This document shows, piece after piece, positions 8,546 through 18,764 of a stretch of 64,000 nt of DNA. A program made the translations under genes and the position numbers. The first letter of the stretch is position 1; each line of letters opens with the position of its first letter. The DNA is from a virus. Location of the stretch: the IMG/VR virus record IMGVR_UViG_3300030202_003733, positions 96,001-160,000 of that record; one strand, given 5' to 3'. The notes under the pieces were generated by a model. It worked only from the letters and a program-made list of their open reading frames with translations. It searched no databases and was not told the DNA's origin.

Positions 8546-10023
8546 TATATATCCAATTTTAATTTAAATGTGTAGTCTTGCTCTTCGGACTTTCTTATAG
8601 GCTTGTTAACTGTGGCTATGCCAATTAAATTCTTGTCCTCATCATAGATGCCCACCTTTGAAATAAATGTTTGCTTAGCATAGCTCCCACTGGGATCTGC
8701 AAATGACGAACTAACCGTATTGACCAATTCGAGTTCAGGTTCCTTATACATGTAGGACGCCGTGCGAGCCGTGTAAGCTTCGACAGAAGAAGTGTATTGA
8801 ATAGCTGTTGGGTTGGTTGTATAATTTAGATGCCCCTTTCTGGCATGTGCCATCATTGTTACAACAGGAACAAAATTAGTCCCTTCAAAAGACAGACCAA
8901 AACTAGACGAGTTTCTATGGAAGGACAGGCCGGCTGCCTTCGTTGCGGAACCAGATATTCCATCGTTAGCACCTATGCCCCAATAAATCCACTTTTGAAG
9001 TACGCGGTCGTCGGGGTCTAAAGCACTTGTCAATATCCTAGTTTCGAGGTCATTGGTGAAAGTCCAACTCCCGGTCAACACTATCACGCCTTCGTTATAT
9101 AGCACAACACCAGCGACACTTGCTGATCCGAAGTCGGCCCCGAGATCATTGGCAGTGCCGCTAACCTGTATCAGTTCTCCATTAAAATTTTTATCTTGCA
9201 CCGTGCCAGCAAGCGTACCAGATATATAGTAATCAAGCCTGACTGAGCCTTTTTTTATCGAAGAGCCATAAAATATTGATGGGATATTTATAATGTTCAC
9301 AGCTTGTTGGTCTTTGTCCCCAAGGTTTGATGAGTAAGCATAGTGCGGGCTAAGAGTTTTATAGTGGTTCAAAACATTTTCTAAGGCTTGAATTCTTGAA
9401 GCAGTAAGAAGACCTCTTAGTCTTCTATATCTCTCGTGGCTTGTTCTTGTTGTGCCGTCTGTGGCTTCAAAGATTGTGTCCCTGTCGAACTCAACACCAT
9501 CAGGGCCAACCATTCCGGTAGATAATAACAAATTACCACCCGTGTCGCCCTCCGGGAGATCATGGGCAAGACCTGCACCTGCCTCTCTCCTCTCTTTATC
9601 AAGCAAAAAAGCGTTAGATGCAGCTATACTTGCGGAGTGATTTTCAGGATAAAAATCTCTTACTATTGAAGCAGAGTAGGGATACATTGTGCCGCTTATT
9701 TGATCGCCGTAATCAAGCGCCATATAGTCTTCTGTGGAGATCGTTTTAAATGAATTCATGGTTGCATCTTTAGTCATGAAAGTATAAATTCTGTTTGGTG
9801 CCTCAAACGATGGACTTATAGCAGAACCACTTCTGTCAACATTTATTTCGTATAAACTTATATGCCCAGGTGGAACACAACCCACACTCGATGTAAATAC
9901 ACCGGAATGATGAGGTTTCATATTATGATAGATTACGGAGTCATAAATAAAAAACTCGTGATGCGGATGAGTTTTTATTGTATTCCGAAATATATCGTTG
10001 CGGCCAAATTTATAAAGAGACAT
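8545..10023 (-). CDS. Virion structural protein (baseplate/tail-collar-like C-terminus)
   Basis: C-terminus ISKVGIYDEDKNLIGIATVNKPIRK...FKLKLDI is paralogous to that of 10057-11169; Ser/Thr-rich; lies in the structural block. Confidence 0.55.
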   Translation of the reverse strand: MSLYKFGRNDIFRNTIKTHPHHEFFIYDSVIYHNMKPHHSGVFTSSVGCVPPGHISLYEINVDRSGSAISPSFEAPNRIYTFMTKDATMNSFKTISTEDYMALDYGDQISGTMYPYSASIVRDFYPENHSASIAASNAFLLDKERREAGAGLAHDLPEGDTGGNLLLSTGMVGPDGVEFDRDTIFEATDGTTRTSHERYRRLRGLLTASRIQALENVLNHYKTLSPHYAYSSNLGDKDQQAVNIINIPSIFYGSSIKKGSVRLDYYISGTLAGTVQDKNFNGELIQVSGTANDLGADFGSASVAGVVLYNEGVIVLTGSWTFTNDLETRILTSALDPDDRVLQKWIYWGIGANDGISGSATKAAGLSFHRNSSSFGLSFEGTNFVPVVTMMAHARKGHLNYTTNPTAIQYTSSVEAYTARTASYMYKEPELELVNTVSSSFADPSGSYAKQTFISKVGIYDEDKNLIGIATVNKPIRKSEEQDYTFKLKLDI

Positions 10024-10039
10024 CTACTCGCTCCTTAAA

Positions 10040-10047
10040 TAATTAGT
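10040..10047 (-). promoter_or_regulatory. Putative late promoter ACTAATTA
   Basis: Intergenic; followed by TTTAAGGAG (SD) and the ATG at 10023. Confidence 0.65.
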
Positions 10048-10056
10048 TGGCTAATA

Positions 10057-11169
10057 TTAATAGTCTAATCTGACTCTAAATGTTAACTCATTGGATGGAG
10101 TCTTTTTCAGCGGCTCGGACAACTTAGCAACCGCAAGCAATTCGTTGTCTGGTGAATAAAGTCCAATAGTAGTAACATATGAGGCAGGCAGCGCTCTGGG
10201 ATCTCCGTTCTTCACAACGATTTCACTAGCGCCGTTAGTGCCAGAAAGGTAAGTTGGGTTTGAACTGTAATTAAACTCATTGTGGTTACCTCTACAGAAA
10301 TAAACTGTAGAATTTAACTCTGTGGTATTGTTAAACTCTATGTTAAAAAGTCTATTCCGGAACGCATCACAAGAAGAGGAGATATTCGACCCAGTAAACA
10401 TTATATTAATAGAGCCTGTGTCGAAGTGGTTGGCCACTAAGTTCGGCCCAAATGGTGTGACAGCGGGGCCATGCGCTGTAAACAAAGAAGCCGTTAACAC
10501 AGCAACTCCCGCTTGATAGAACACCAGTCCAACCGGCTGATGGCCTGCTGGGGCTGCTGCCGAGGAAGTATAAAGCAGACCATACTCACCAGCAGGTGAA
10601 TTTGTTTTATAAGTTGTAGAAGCACTAAAATCTGAACAGGTTATCATAGTGTCTACAGTGAACTCTGGGATTGTGCCCAGGGCTCCATCAACAGACCCTG
10701 TGTCAACCACCAATTGGAAGCTTTCTTTTTTAATCTCATCTTTTACAAGAAGTCTTGAGAATGTGATAAAAATGGCTTCATTGATTTTGGTGCCGCCAGC
10801 AATAATATTACCATCCTGATCAAAATTTCTTATAGAGCCAGTCTCATCATAGCCAACTAAAAGCTGTGCCATTTGGTTGTAAATATTAATCTTTTTGCTC
10901 TGCTGGTTGGGCGCACCCGCACCAGACAGCGCTGAGTCGCTGGAAAAGCCGACTGTCAAATCATATATGTGATTTGCAGAAGAACTTAAAAAGGGGTAAT
11001 CAAACACACTTTGAAATATACCATGAGAGTAGTTCTTAATATTCGTTTCTGTCGTCCCCTGCACGTAGGTGCCCGAGGAAATAGTTCCTGTGAGGGGTAT
11101 AGCCTCGTGTAACAACGTTTTGGTTGTTGTTACATCGGTCGCCCCCATTTCTTTAAAAGTAGATGCCAT
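10057..11169 (-). CDS. Virion structural protein (baseplate/tail-collar-like C-terminus)
   Basis: C-terminus VTTIGLYSPDNELLAVAKLSEPLKK...FRVRLDY resembles the 'EIGLFDxxGxLIAV' segment of tail-collar/baseplate-attachment domains. Confidence 0.55.
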   Translation of the reverse strand: MASTFKEMGATDVTTTKTLLHEAIPLTGTISSGTYVQGTTETNIKNYSHGIFQSVFDYPFLSSSANHIYDLTVGFSSDSALSGAGAPNQQSKKINIYNQMAQLLVGYDETGSIRNFDQDGNIIAGGTKINEAIFITFSRLLVKDEIKKESFQLVVDTGSVDGALGTIPEFTVDTMITCSDFSASTTYKTNSPAGEYGLLYTSSAAAPAGHQPVGLVFYQAGVAVLTASLFTAHGPAVTPFGPNLVANHFDTGSINIMFTGSNISSSCDAFRNRLFNIEFNNTTELNSTVYFCRGNHNEFNYSSNPTYLSGTNGASEIVVKNGDPRALPASYVTTIGLYSPDNELLAVAKLSEPLKKTPSNELTFRVRLDY

Positions 11170-11195
11170 TTTTTTACTCCATTGTTCCTTTTATA

Positions 11196-12095
11196 TTACT
11201 TCTTAATAAACCTAACAGGTACATCCACGCTATACCCGGTTGTGATGCCCGTTACTCTCACATACGTATCGATAAATTTAACTGAGGTTGATACACCATC
11301 TTTATTGTTTATAGATGTCGTTCCACCAAGCCTACTAAACAAAGTGTCACTTGAGTTTAATTCAACAGATATATTTAATTTAAATTCAAGTCTAGATCCT
11401 CTAGGACCATTAAACGCGCCGTCTGTGGGATCAGTGAGACTTGATATCCCCCTCACATATCCCGTACCGCCACCCATGGTAAGGAAATAAGTTGCCTTTT
11501 GATCATCATCAACAAAAGACACTGGTGTCTGGCGGCCCCCTATAGACGATATTCCACCGAGTCTATTATCAATCTCAATAGAAAATTGAGTTTCAATTAG
11601 GTCACTCGATATGCCAATTGTAGCCGGCGGACTTCCATTTGTGTCTAAGCCTTGGTCGAGGCGCACAAATCCTTCGCCGACACTTGGTCTCTCACCAAAA
11701 AGAACACCGGTAACAGTGTCAAAATCCTCTTCCGTGGTACGATTAGCACAAACTAAAAAAGTGCTGCTTGAATGCTTTTGGCTTGCACCATTTTCGTAAA
11801 GTTGAATTACCGGTAGGTACAGGTGGTCGGTCCTAGCAAGGCTCACAAGTCTGCTTTTCATAGTGGACCTATTATCTGTAAATGATTCTAAAATTGGTGT
11901 TTGGAGTATCTCTAGGTCGTAATACGCACTGCCACTAGGGTGGTTCCCGTTGAACGTCCTGTAATTGATCTCCTCATCGCCAAAGGAAAATTTTGTTACG
12001 TTAAAACTACCATCACCTCTGGCCAGTCTTTGCCTGCCAGAATCTGTTAAAACGGCGTCTAATATGATATCGCCACTGTTGTCTAAGAAACCCAT
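11196..12095 (-). CDS. Virion structural protein (tail-collar-like N-terminus)
   Basis: DAVLTDSGRQRLARGDGSFNVTKFSFGDEEINY resembles the 'LTxxGRxxLA...ITxxAxGD' start of tail-collar domains; SD site GAGGAG. Confidence 0.55.
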   Translation of the reverse strand: MGFLDNSGDIILDAVLTDSGRQRLARGDGSFNVTKFSFGDEEINYRTFNGNHPSGSAYYDLEILQTPILESFTDNRSTMKSRLVSLARTDHLYLPVIQLYENGASQKHSSSTFLVCANRTTEEDFDTVTGVLFGERPSVGEGFVRLDQGLDTNGSPPATIGISSDLIETQFSIEIDNRLGGISSIGGRQTPVSFVDDDQKATYFLTMGGGTGYVRGISSLTDPTDGAFNGPRGSRLEFKLNISVELNSSDTLFSRLGGTTSINNKDGVSTSVKFIDTYVRVTGITTGYSVDVPVRFIKK

Positions 12096-12112
12096 GCTAT
12101 ACTCCTCACAAA

Positions 12113-12136
12113 TAATTAGTATTTTATATAATTAGT
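12113..12136 (-). promoter_or_regulatory. Two tandem copies of the putative late promoter ACTAATTA
   Basis: TAATTAGT on the + strand at 12113-12120 and 12129-12136, intergenic, upstream of GAGGAG and the ATG at 12095. Confidence 0.65.
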
Positions 12137-12149
12137 TCTATTTTTTTTA

Positions 12150-15100
12150 TTATTCGTATTCTGTTTTCGTCTTAAAGTTGACATTTAAATCTATTTTCTT
12201 TCCAGTCTCAGTTGATCTAATCCTGAATTTAAACTTTTTGCCCCACAATGTATTTTCGTCGTAAAGACCGCCGCCTAATTTTGCAGTGTTTAAAGTGTCA
12301 GGCGTGTTTGTCGTGCCATCTAAAGCTTCGCCCCATTCGTTTTTAATTCCGCTGTCCTCAGTAGTTAACATACTCTGCTGCATGTTCGGTCTTATTAATA
12401 GTAATTTTTTAAAGCTCTTTGTTCCATCTACCGTTGCAGTGCTCTCAGGGCGGAAGGAGTTAATCAATGGATAAACACTACCACCGTCGTCGACCATTTC
12501 TACTTCATAAATAGATGTCGGATTCGAGAAAGTCCCATGAAAATCGACACATCTAAATGTGTAATAGTATTTAGTGTTTGGTATTAAATTATCCTCCAGT
12601 GAAGGAGACAAATTGCGTATAACGTTTGGCTTTTCAGAGAAAAAGGTACTCAATTTTTTACGAAGTTTCCCGGCAAAGTCTTGATATGATGTAGGTTTTG
12701 TAGTTGTCCGGTAGATTTCTATGTATGAAGGATAATCATCATACCCAGTTGTATGCCCATCCTCTATCCTTTGACCAGTAGCGTAAATGACCTGTGACTC
12801 GTCTGCCGGGTTCCTGGGTAGAGAATTGATAATGTTCTGATCCCCAGGTTCAATAGCTATAGGGACTTCTGTGCTTATACCAAAGGCGCATGTAAAGTTT
12901 AAAAGTATTTTATCGCTGACCGATCTGTAAGATACAATATTTACATCCGGTTTCCTGGGTGGTTTATCTGACACCTTGGATATTGCGCTGCCATAGGGCG
13001 CAAGCACAATACTAGACTTTGGACGTATTTCCAAGTCAACTGTTGCGTTATAACTTAATACTTCACCTGCGCCTTCTACTATCTCTTCTTCAGAATATTC
13101 CGCATTCATGTCGAAAGGAATTACAGACTCGGGCACAAATACTGTCGAAGAGTTTGTCCAAGAACCATTCTCCTCTGTAAAAAGGTCAGGAAACCTATTA
13201 AGATACTCTCGAAATTCTGCTCTAACTTCAGCTATGCTAGTGTAAGTTTTGTCGGGGTCTAAGACAGGTTCATTGCTATCGTCTAAAGCAAGATTGTGTG
13301 TTTGGAGCCACCTGATGGGTATCCGATATCTATAAATGTTTATAACCCCGCCATATGTATCGCCAGCCCCCACAGTTGGGTTAATCTCCAGATCTTTAGA
13401 ATCTCCGATATTTGGGTAATCTAAAATTTCCAGATCGTCAAGAACAGTTAGGTATGCTATATTTGGCGGGGCTGCAAATGCGTTATCCGGCAGATCTCCG
13501 ATCAGTACATCATAAAGAGAAACGAAGCTAAACCCCGACTCAAACAAAACCGGTCCCGGCCTTGGTTGAACAACGCGCTCGACGCACAGATCTCCTGCGC
13601 CTGCACAGGACCACGTATTGAAAGGTGCGATTATTCCGCCTTCGTTGTCTCCCAAATTCATCATCCTTGGAAAATAACTCCCCCAACTAGAATCCTCATC
13701 AGCGTTATATATATATGCACGTTCAGGCAACCCAATCTCATCTGTGTGTTTCCACCTGTTGAAACCACCAACACGCTCAGTAGAACCTTGATCCCACATA
13801 AATGGGTCTCTAGAATTTGGGGATGGGCTATCTTCATCGATGCCATCTAATGGCGAAGCAAATGTGAATTCTACATGAGTTATGACTGGTGCGGCGTCTC
13901 TATTTGTCGCCACAGACTCAACAGAAAATTGGTACTCCTGTCCTAACACATATTTTGCTTCATGCACTTCATAGTAATATTGTTTTCCAAACTTAACCTG
14001 CGTATCAACATATGAGATATTATTATCAGGTACATCAAACAAAGAGTTGGCGATATATATTTGCTGTATCATTTCGCCATTTTCATCATTATCTTTTTTA
14101 GTAATTCTGTAGCCTAATGTCTCAGTGTAAGCTAATTCGCCTTGCTGAAAGAGGGCGCTAAAGCCTCTAGCTTTTCCTTCCTCTATAAAATATATATCAT
14201 CTATAAAGTTATTATAGTTACCTTCGCGGAGATATCCTCCATCTAATTGGTTTTGTATGTACAACTCTTCGTCTTCGGGACAAACGGAGTAAAAGTTTTG
14301 TAAGGGGATCCCAGTAGCAGTAGGCTTATATATATGATATCCTTGTGTATCTTCGGAGGAGAAAAAATTTGGAACAGTAGCTCCTGACTCTGGATCGCTA
14401 TATAATTCCGGATCTTCCGCCCATAAAATAGAGTTTCTGTGACCAAAAGATATAGTTTCATTGCTGGCATCTGAGGCCCTGTAGACCTCAAATAATTCAT
14501 TGAAAGAAGTATAGTGAGCCTCAGGCGAAGAAAGATTATACAGCACTGGCCGGGTTGAGGCTTCGGATAAGACCCATGAAGAGAAAGCAAAAGTTAGATG
14601 CCTGGAGGCGAGAGACGCGGCATAGCTGCTACCGGCTGCAACCGTACCGTCCTCTCCTGCGTAGTCTTCGGGAAAATCTCGGTTGAAAGATACCCCACCA
14701 TAGAATGGGTGACGCCAAGAGTTCTGTGGGACCATCTCAAAATTATATGCCCACGAATCTTTATATGCTTTATTATCAAATACAAGTTTCTCATTTTTTT
14801 TATTAATTTTATTGATCTTATCTACAGATATATCCTCAAAAGAGTTGGCAAAATCATTGTAATATGTTTTTAACGTAACATCCAGGTCCGCACTGTCTTC
14901 CGGCAAATATTCTAAACCTTTAGAATCCACAAGATCAAAGAGGGTTGTGTGTTCAAATAAATCCGGGTAATCAACACGATCATCTATAATCGGCTTATCC
15001 GCATTTGTTACATAATATAAATAATTGAAATAAGCATTTGGCAATGACCGCTCATTTACGCTTAGACCTAAAGAGAAATCTTCATATTCTTCTTGGAAAT

Positions 15101-15569
15101 AATTATAAGAAGATAAACCTTTTATAGATTCGGGCTCGAAGCAAACAAAGGTTCCGTCGTAATAGCTTTCGCTTTCTTGAAAATAAGCCTTCATCTCTGC
15201 TTCAAAATCCTCTTGTGATGCATATTGAGTCGCGTCGGCAGTGACTAAAAACTTATGTGATTTTATGGGCCGTAGCGTCCCACCATCGTCCACATATGAA
15301 CCCTCATATTCTGTTGTATCCTCCATTCGCACAACAAATTCTCCCGAAGAAACATACCCATCTGACCCGGCATACCCGGCAGGCACGACAAGTGCGAACC
15401 TATCAGCGGTGCCATCAAAAGCAATAAAGTTGCCCAGGCTATCAGTTCTGTACAAAGCTGTTGATGAATCCCACAGGTAGCCCATAGATTTTCTAAAGTT
15501 AGAAAATGTTGAGACCCCCTCAGGGTTACTTATTGAGTGTTTATGAAAATAGTATTTTGCGTTTGACAT
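12150..15569 (-). CDS. Large acidic putative virion protein (1139 aa) with beta-sandwich/FnIII-like segments
   Basis: YVDTQVKFGKQYYYEV and DNLIPNTKYYYTFRCVD resemble FnIII-type strands; structural context. Confidence 0.45.
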   Translation of the reverse strand: MSNAKYYFHKHSISNPEGVSTFSNFRKSMGYLWDSSTALYRTDSLGNFIAFDGTADRFALVVPAGYAGSDGYVSSGEFVVRMEDTTEYEGSYVDDGGTLRPIKSHKFLVTADATQYASQEDFEAEMKAYFQESESYYDGTFVCFEPESIKGLSSYNYFQEEYEDFSLGLSVNERSLPNAYFNYLYYVTNADKPIIDDRVDYPDLFEHTTLFDLVDSKGLEYLPEDSADLDVTLKTYYNDFANSFEDISVDKINKINKKNEKLVFDNKAYKDSWAYNFEMVPQNSWRHPFYGGVSFNRDFPEDYAGEDGTVAAGSSYAASLASRHLTFAFSSWVLSEASTRPVLYNLSSPEAHYTSFNELFEVYRASDASNETISFGHRNSILWAEDPELYSDPESGATVPNFFSSEDTQGYHIYKPTATGIPLQNFYSVCPEDEELYIQNQLDGGYLREGNYNNFIDDIYFIEEGKARGFSALFQQGELAYTETLGYRITKKDNDENGEMIQQIYIANSLFDVPDNNISYVDTQVKFGKQYYYEVHEAKYVLGQEYQFSVESVATNRDAAPVITHVEFTFASPLDGIDEDSPSPNSRDPFMWDQGSTERVGGFNRWKHTDEIGLPERAYIYNADEDSSWGSYFPRMMNLGDNEGGIIAPFNTWSCAGAGDLCVERVVQPRPGPVLFESGFSFVSLYDVLIGDLPDNAFAAPPNIAYLTVLDDLEILDYPNIGDSKDLEINPTVGAGDTYGGVINIYRYRIPIRWLQTHNLALDDSNEPVLDPDKTYTSIAEVRAEFREYLNRFPDLFTEENGSWTNSSTVFVPESVIPFDMNAEYSEEEIVEGAGEVLSYNATVDLEIRPKSSIVLAPYGSAISKVSDKPPRKPDVNIVSYRSVSDKILLNFTCAFGISTEVPIAIEPGDQNIINSLPRNPADESQVIYATGQRIEDGHTTGYDDYPSYIEIYRTTTKPTSYQDFAGKLRKKLSTFFSEKPNVIRNLSPSLEDNLIPNTKYYYTFRCVDFHGTFSNPTSIYEVEMVDDGGSVYPLINSFRPESTATVDGTKSFKKLLLIRPNMQQSMLTTEDSGIKNEWGEALDGTTNTPDTLNTAKLGGGLYDENTLWGKKFKFRIRSTETGKKIDLNVNFKTKTEYE

Positions 15570-15581
15570 TTTTTACCTTAA

Positions 15582-15589
15582 TAATTAGT
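15582..15589 (-). promoter_or_regulatory. Putative late promoter ACTAATTA
   Basis: Overlaps the stop codon of 15585-18764; followed by AAGGT and the ATG at 15569. Confidence 0.6.
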
Positions 15590-18500
15590 ATCCACCACCA
15601 GAACTTCCGCCCCGAGAACCCCCGGATGTTGTTCTTCTTGGCCTCGTGCGCCCCATCTGCGTCTCAAGTCCATTTCTAGTCCTAGCCGACATCACAAGAT
15701 CGTATGGCGAAAAGGTAATTGTCATCCCCCTTGGGCCAGTATTGATAATCCCTGGGGTGTCCGAATACGAGTAGGCAGGCGTCACTGGGGATCCGGGAAC
15801 CCCCGCCACTTCTTGGTTGCGAATTAAATAAGTTGCTGTCGGTTCGGAGACAAATCTAGCAGTTGTCTGCACCTGTTGTTCCGTTGCCTGCGGTTGGGAA
15901 GAAGCGGGTGGGGCATCTGAGGGGAATGCATACGCGCCATCAAGCGCAAATTGATCTTCCAAATAGACTTCCTCTGCATCATAAAAATCCCTTTGTTCGA
16001 TCAAGACGACGTCTGGGTCTGGGCTGGACTCCTCGGCCTCGTCATATGTGATCTCTATACTACCGTAGCCTGCTGCTTGTAAATCGTCAGGCTCCTGTGC
16101 CTCTGAACTTTGACTGTCCGGCAGCACAAGCACTACCTCGTCAAATGCCCCTATTAATGCACTCTCTAAATTGCCTGTCTGTACTCCGCGATTATTTCCC
16201 ACCAACCTCACGAGAAAGGCTTCATCGGAACCATCGTCAGACAACACAGACCTATTGAATGCTTCCCAAGAATCATCCGCCACCCCACCGGGGCCGGAGC
16301 CTCTGTAATACTCGATCCCTATACTAAGATTTCTTAGATAGTCTTTGCCCCCGCTAATAGATAGTTGGGACGCCAAATCTCGTATAGCGCGTGCTTCAAC
16401 ATCTGTTATGGACCCGCCTTGCCCTTTATGAGAGTCTTGTAAGTCTAAACCTTCTTTGTGGAATTTATCACTTTTAGAAAAAATATCCTCCGAGTCCGTC
16501 TGATCGGAGGTCATCGTGTCTTGCTCTTCCTCATAGATGTCAATCGTCGCATCGAGCGGTATATCAATAAGTCCCGAATTAGCTTCTACAAAGGGATCTG
16601 GGGCCGTCAGCGAATTTGAGGCAACATCATATGCAATTCCTTCGCGAGCGCCAGCAGGCGGCAATGAGTGCGATCTGGAGCCTGCTTGGCCGTCTATAGC
16701 AGCTATCGCTGCGTTCGCTGTAATGGCCTGGTCCCCTAAGCCCTTAGAAGTCAGCAAGTTAACTTTGCCTATAGAATATCTAACCTCTGTTGGTGTGAGA
16801 CTACTAAATGTTCTTTTACCGCTCTGTCTAAATCTTTCTCGAAGAGAGTTTTTAGTCAGATACGTCAAGCCAGAACGTGAGCTTTTTGCAGCGCCCCCCC
16901 AATAATCATAACCTAAATTGTTTATAATAGATGAATTGAATACCTCATCAAATGTATATTTAATAATCATTGCACCCCTAGTCATAGAACCGTGCGCCTT
17001 TTTAAGATCTGCTCGGTCTTGAGACGAGGATTCTTTGCCTGGTTTGCTGGGGCCTACCGCCCTTGTCAGAATATCTTCCGCGTGTTGGATTAATTTTATA
17101 AATTCTCCAATTCCTTTAACTGTGCCAGTCGACGGTCTAACCATATAACTTAATTTTTTATAATACACACGAAACTTTTTGTTAGTTAATGTATTGAGTA
17201 TATTTAAGAACTCATAAACAGACCTGTTCCACACAGCAGATTTTATTGCAGAGATATCTTGTGAACCATTAAATTCTGTGGCGGTTGGTATACCTTGTTG
17301 TTTATTAATTGCGGTAACAAAGGAGGGCGAGAACCGGTTTGATTGATGTATGAATTTCCCAGGACCAGAGGCTCTCCTATAATATTGGGACATAACTTTT
17401 TTTATCTTTCTAAGTTTTCGTAGTTTTTTCAAGAGAAGCTTATGAGTCGGATCTTCCATCAATATTTCTACAGAATAACGATATTTCCCATCATCAGTTG
17501 TAGACATGGAATTGTCAAAAACCATAAAACTCCTATATCGACCACCGTTTCTTAATTTTATCTCCGATATAGAACCAACATATGAATCTTTATTGTTATC
17601 TTTTTTAGAATCAATTTCATTATATTGTTTTTCCAAGATCCCCGCCGCCGAGTCCGCAGAAAAACATATTAGTTCTTTTGAGTTATTTGAGCCTTTTGTT
17701 GGTGAATAATTTTCCTCAAAGACTCTCTCTCTAAATACCTTTATTGATTTAATGCGTGCTGACCTGAACCCCTGTGGCATGGATCTGGTGAGGCCCGCGA
17801 ATTTGTTGTTATCTTTAATGGCCGACAAATAATCAAAACTAAATATAAAGCGGCAGGCGTTATTTTTATCTCTACTAATGTAGGACTTTGAGAAATAAGT
17901 TCTTGGCGCAGAATCTTTTTGAGGTAATTTAATAGCTGTCTTAAGAGTGTCGTACAACGTGTAATCGTGTATCTTACTATTACCCACCCTAACTCGCCTG
18001 AGATTGTTTATGTCGGCTGTACCTGCACTGGTTGGGCCAGGACCAAAATTAATCGGACCCTGCCAAATTACGCCAGTCTGATCTACGAACGCCGCTCTAT
18101 TTTCTACTTTTCTTCCCCTGATTGTTAAAGGTTCCGCAGCAATTTTGCCCCGGTATCGTTGCAGTTTTCGGGGTGGTTTAGACAAATAGCCATCCTCTAG
18201 CATTGACTCTACGTCTAAGTAGCAAACTGCAAAGTAATACAGGTGATCATAATCCTCCACGTCAAAAGATGCTTCGTAAGGAATTTTATATATTATTCCA
18301 TTACCAGAACGATAGTTATAATAGTCAGTTATTTTGCCTCGCTTGGCGGCTGATAGAACAACCTCTTTAATACCTTGTATCCTGCTTAGCCTTTTTGAGT
18401 AAACATCGATTTCTCCTGCAATTAACTTTCTTGTAACCTCCGGTGAACTACATTGTATGACTCTGACTTTAAGATATTTTCTCTTTTCCTCGTCGTCAAA

Positions 18501-18764
18501 CCAGATTCCCTTATCGACATCCCGAATAGAAAGATTTAGTCTCGCAACAATGGGTTTATCAACAGCAAATGCTTTTGGTTGCACGTCTAGTTCATATACC
18601 AAAGATCCATATTTGTTCCTTGTCATATTTGCTTTAATAATATCTTTTTTCCCGTTAGTTCCCGATGAAAAGAGTGTGTTTATTTTATCTATAGTAACAT
18701 CCGGCACATAACTTTGAGTCCTACCAGAGCTTACGATAATTTTAGCCTGCTTTTTAGTAAACAT
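15585..18764 (-). CDS. Large hypothetical protein (1059 aa), probably structural
   Basis: Long intact ORF coupled to its neighbours; basic N-terminal two-thirds, acidic low-complexity C-terminal third. Confidence 0.4.
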   Translation of the reverse strand: MFTKKQAKIIVSSGRTQSYVPDVTIDKINTLFSSGTNGKKDIIKANMTRNKYGSLVYELDVQPKAFAVDKPIVARLNLSIRDVDKGIWFDDEEKRKYLKVRVIQCSSPEVTRKLIAGEIDVYSKRLSRIQGIKEVVLSAAKRGKITDYYNYRSGNGIIYKIPYEASFDVEDYDHLYYFAVCYLDVESMLEDGYLSKPPRKLQRYRGKIAAEPLTIRGRKVENRAAFVDQTGVIWQGPINFGPGPTSAGTADINNLRRVRVGNSKIHDYTLYDTLKTAIKLPQKDSAPRTYFSKSYISRDKNNACRFIFSFDYLSAIKDNNKFAGLTRSMPQGFRSARIKSIKVFRERVFEENYSPTKGSNNSKELICFSADSAAGILEKQYNEIDSKKDNNKDSYVGSISEIKLRNGGRYRSFMVFDNSMSTTDDGKYRYSVEILMEDPTHKLLLKKLRKLRKIKKVMSQYYRRASGPGKFIHQSNRFSPSFVTAINKQQGIPTATEFNGSQDISAIKSAVWNRSVYEFLNILNTLTNKKFRVYYKKLSYMVRPSTGTVKGIGEFIKLIQHAEDILTRAVGPSKPGKESSSQDRADLKKAHGSMTRGAMIIKYTFDEVFNSSIINNLGYDYWGGAAKSSRSGLTYLTKNSLRERFRQSGKRTFSSLTPTEVRYSIGKVNLLTSKGLGDQAITANAAIAAIDGQAGSRSHSLPPAGAREGIAYDVASNSLTAPDPFVEANSGLIDIPLDATIDIYEEEQDTMTSDQTDSEDIFSKSDKFHKEGLDLQDSHKGQGGSITDVEARAIRDLASQLSISGGKDYLRNLSIGIEYYRGSGPGGVADDSWEAFNRSVLSDDGSDEAFLVRLVGNNRGVQTGNLESALIGAFDEVVLVLPDSQSSEAQEPDDLQAAGYGSIEITYDEAEESSPDPDVVLIEQRDFYDAEEVYLEDQFALDGAYAFPSDAPPASSQPQATEQQVQTTARFVSEPTATYLIRNQEVAGVPGSPVTPAYSYSDTPGIINTGPRGMTITFSPYDLVMSARTRNGLETQMGRTRPRRTTSGGSRGGSSGGGY

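Noticed and set aside
8544-8560. TATAAT just upstream of ruvC
   Set aside because: It overlaps the start codon itself and has no -35 box at a suitable spacing.
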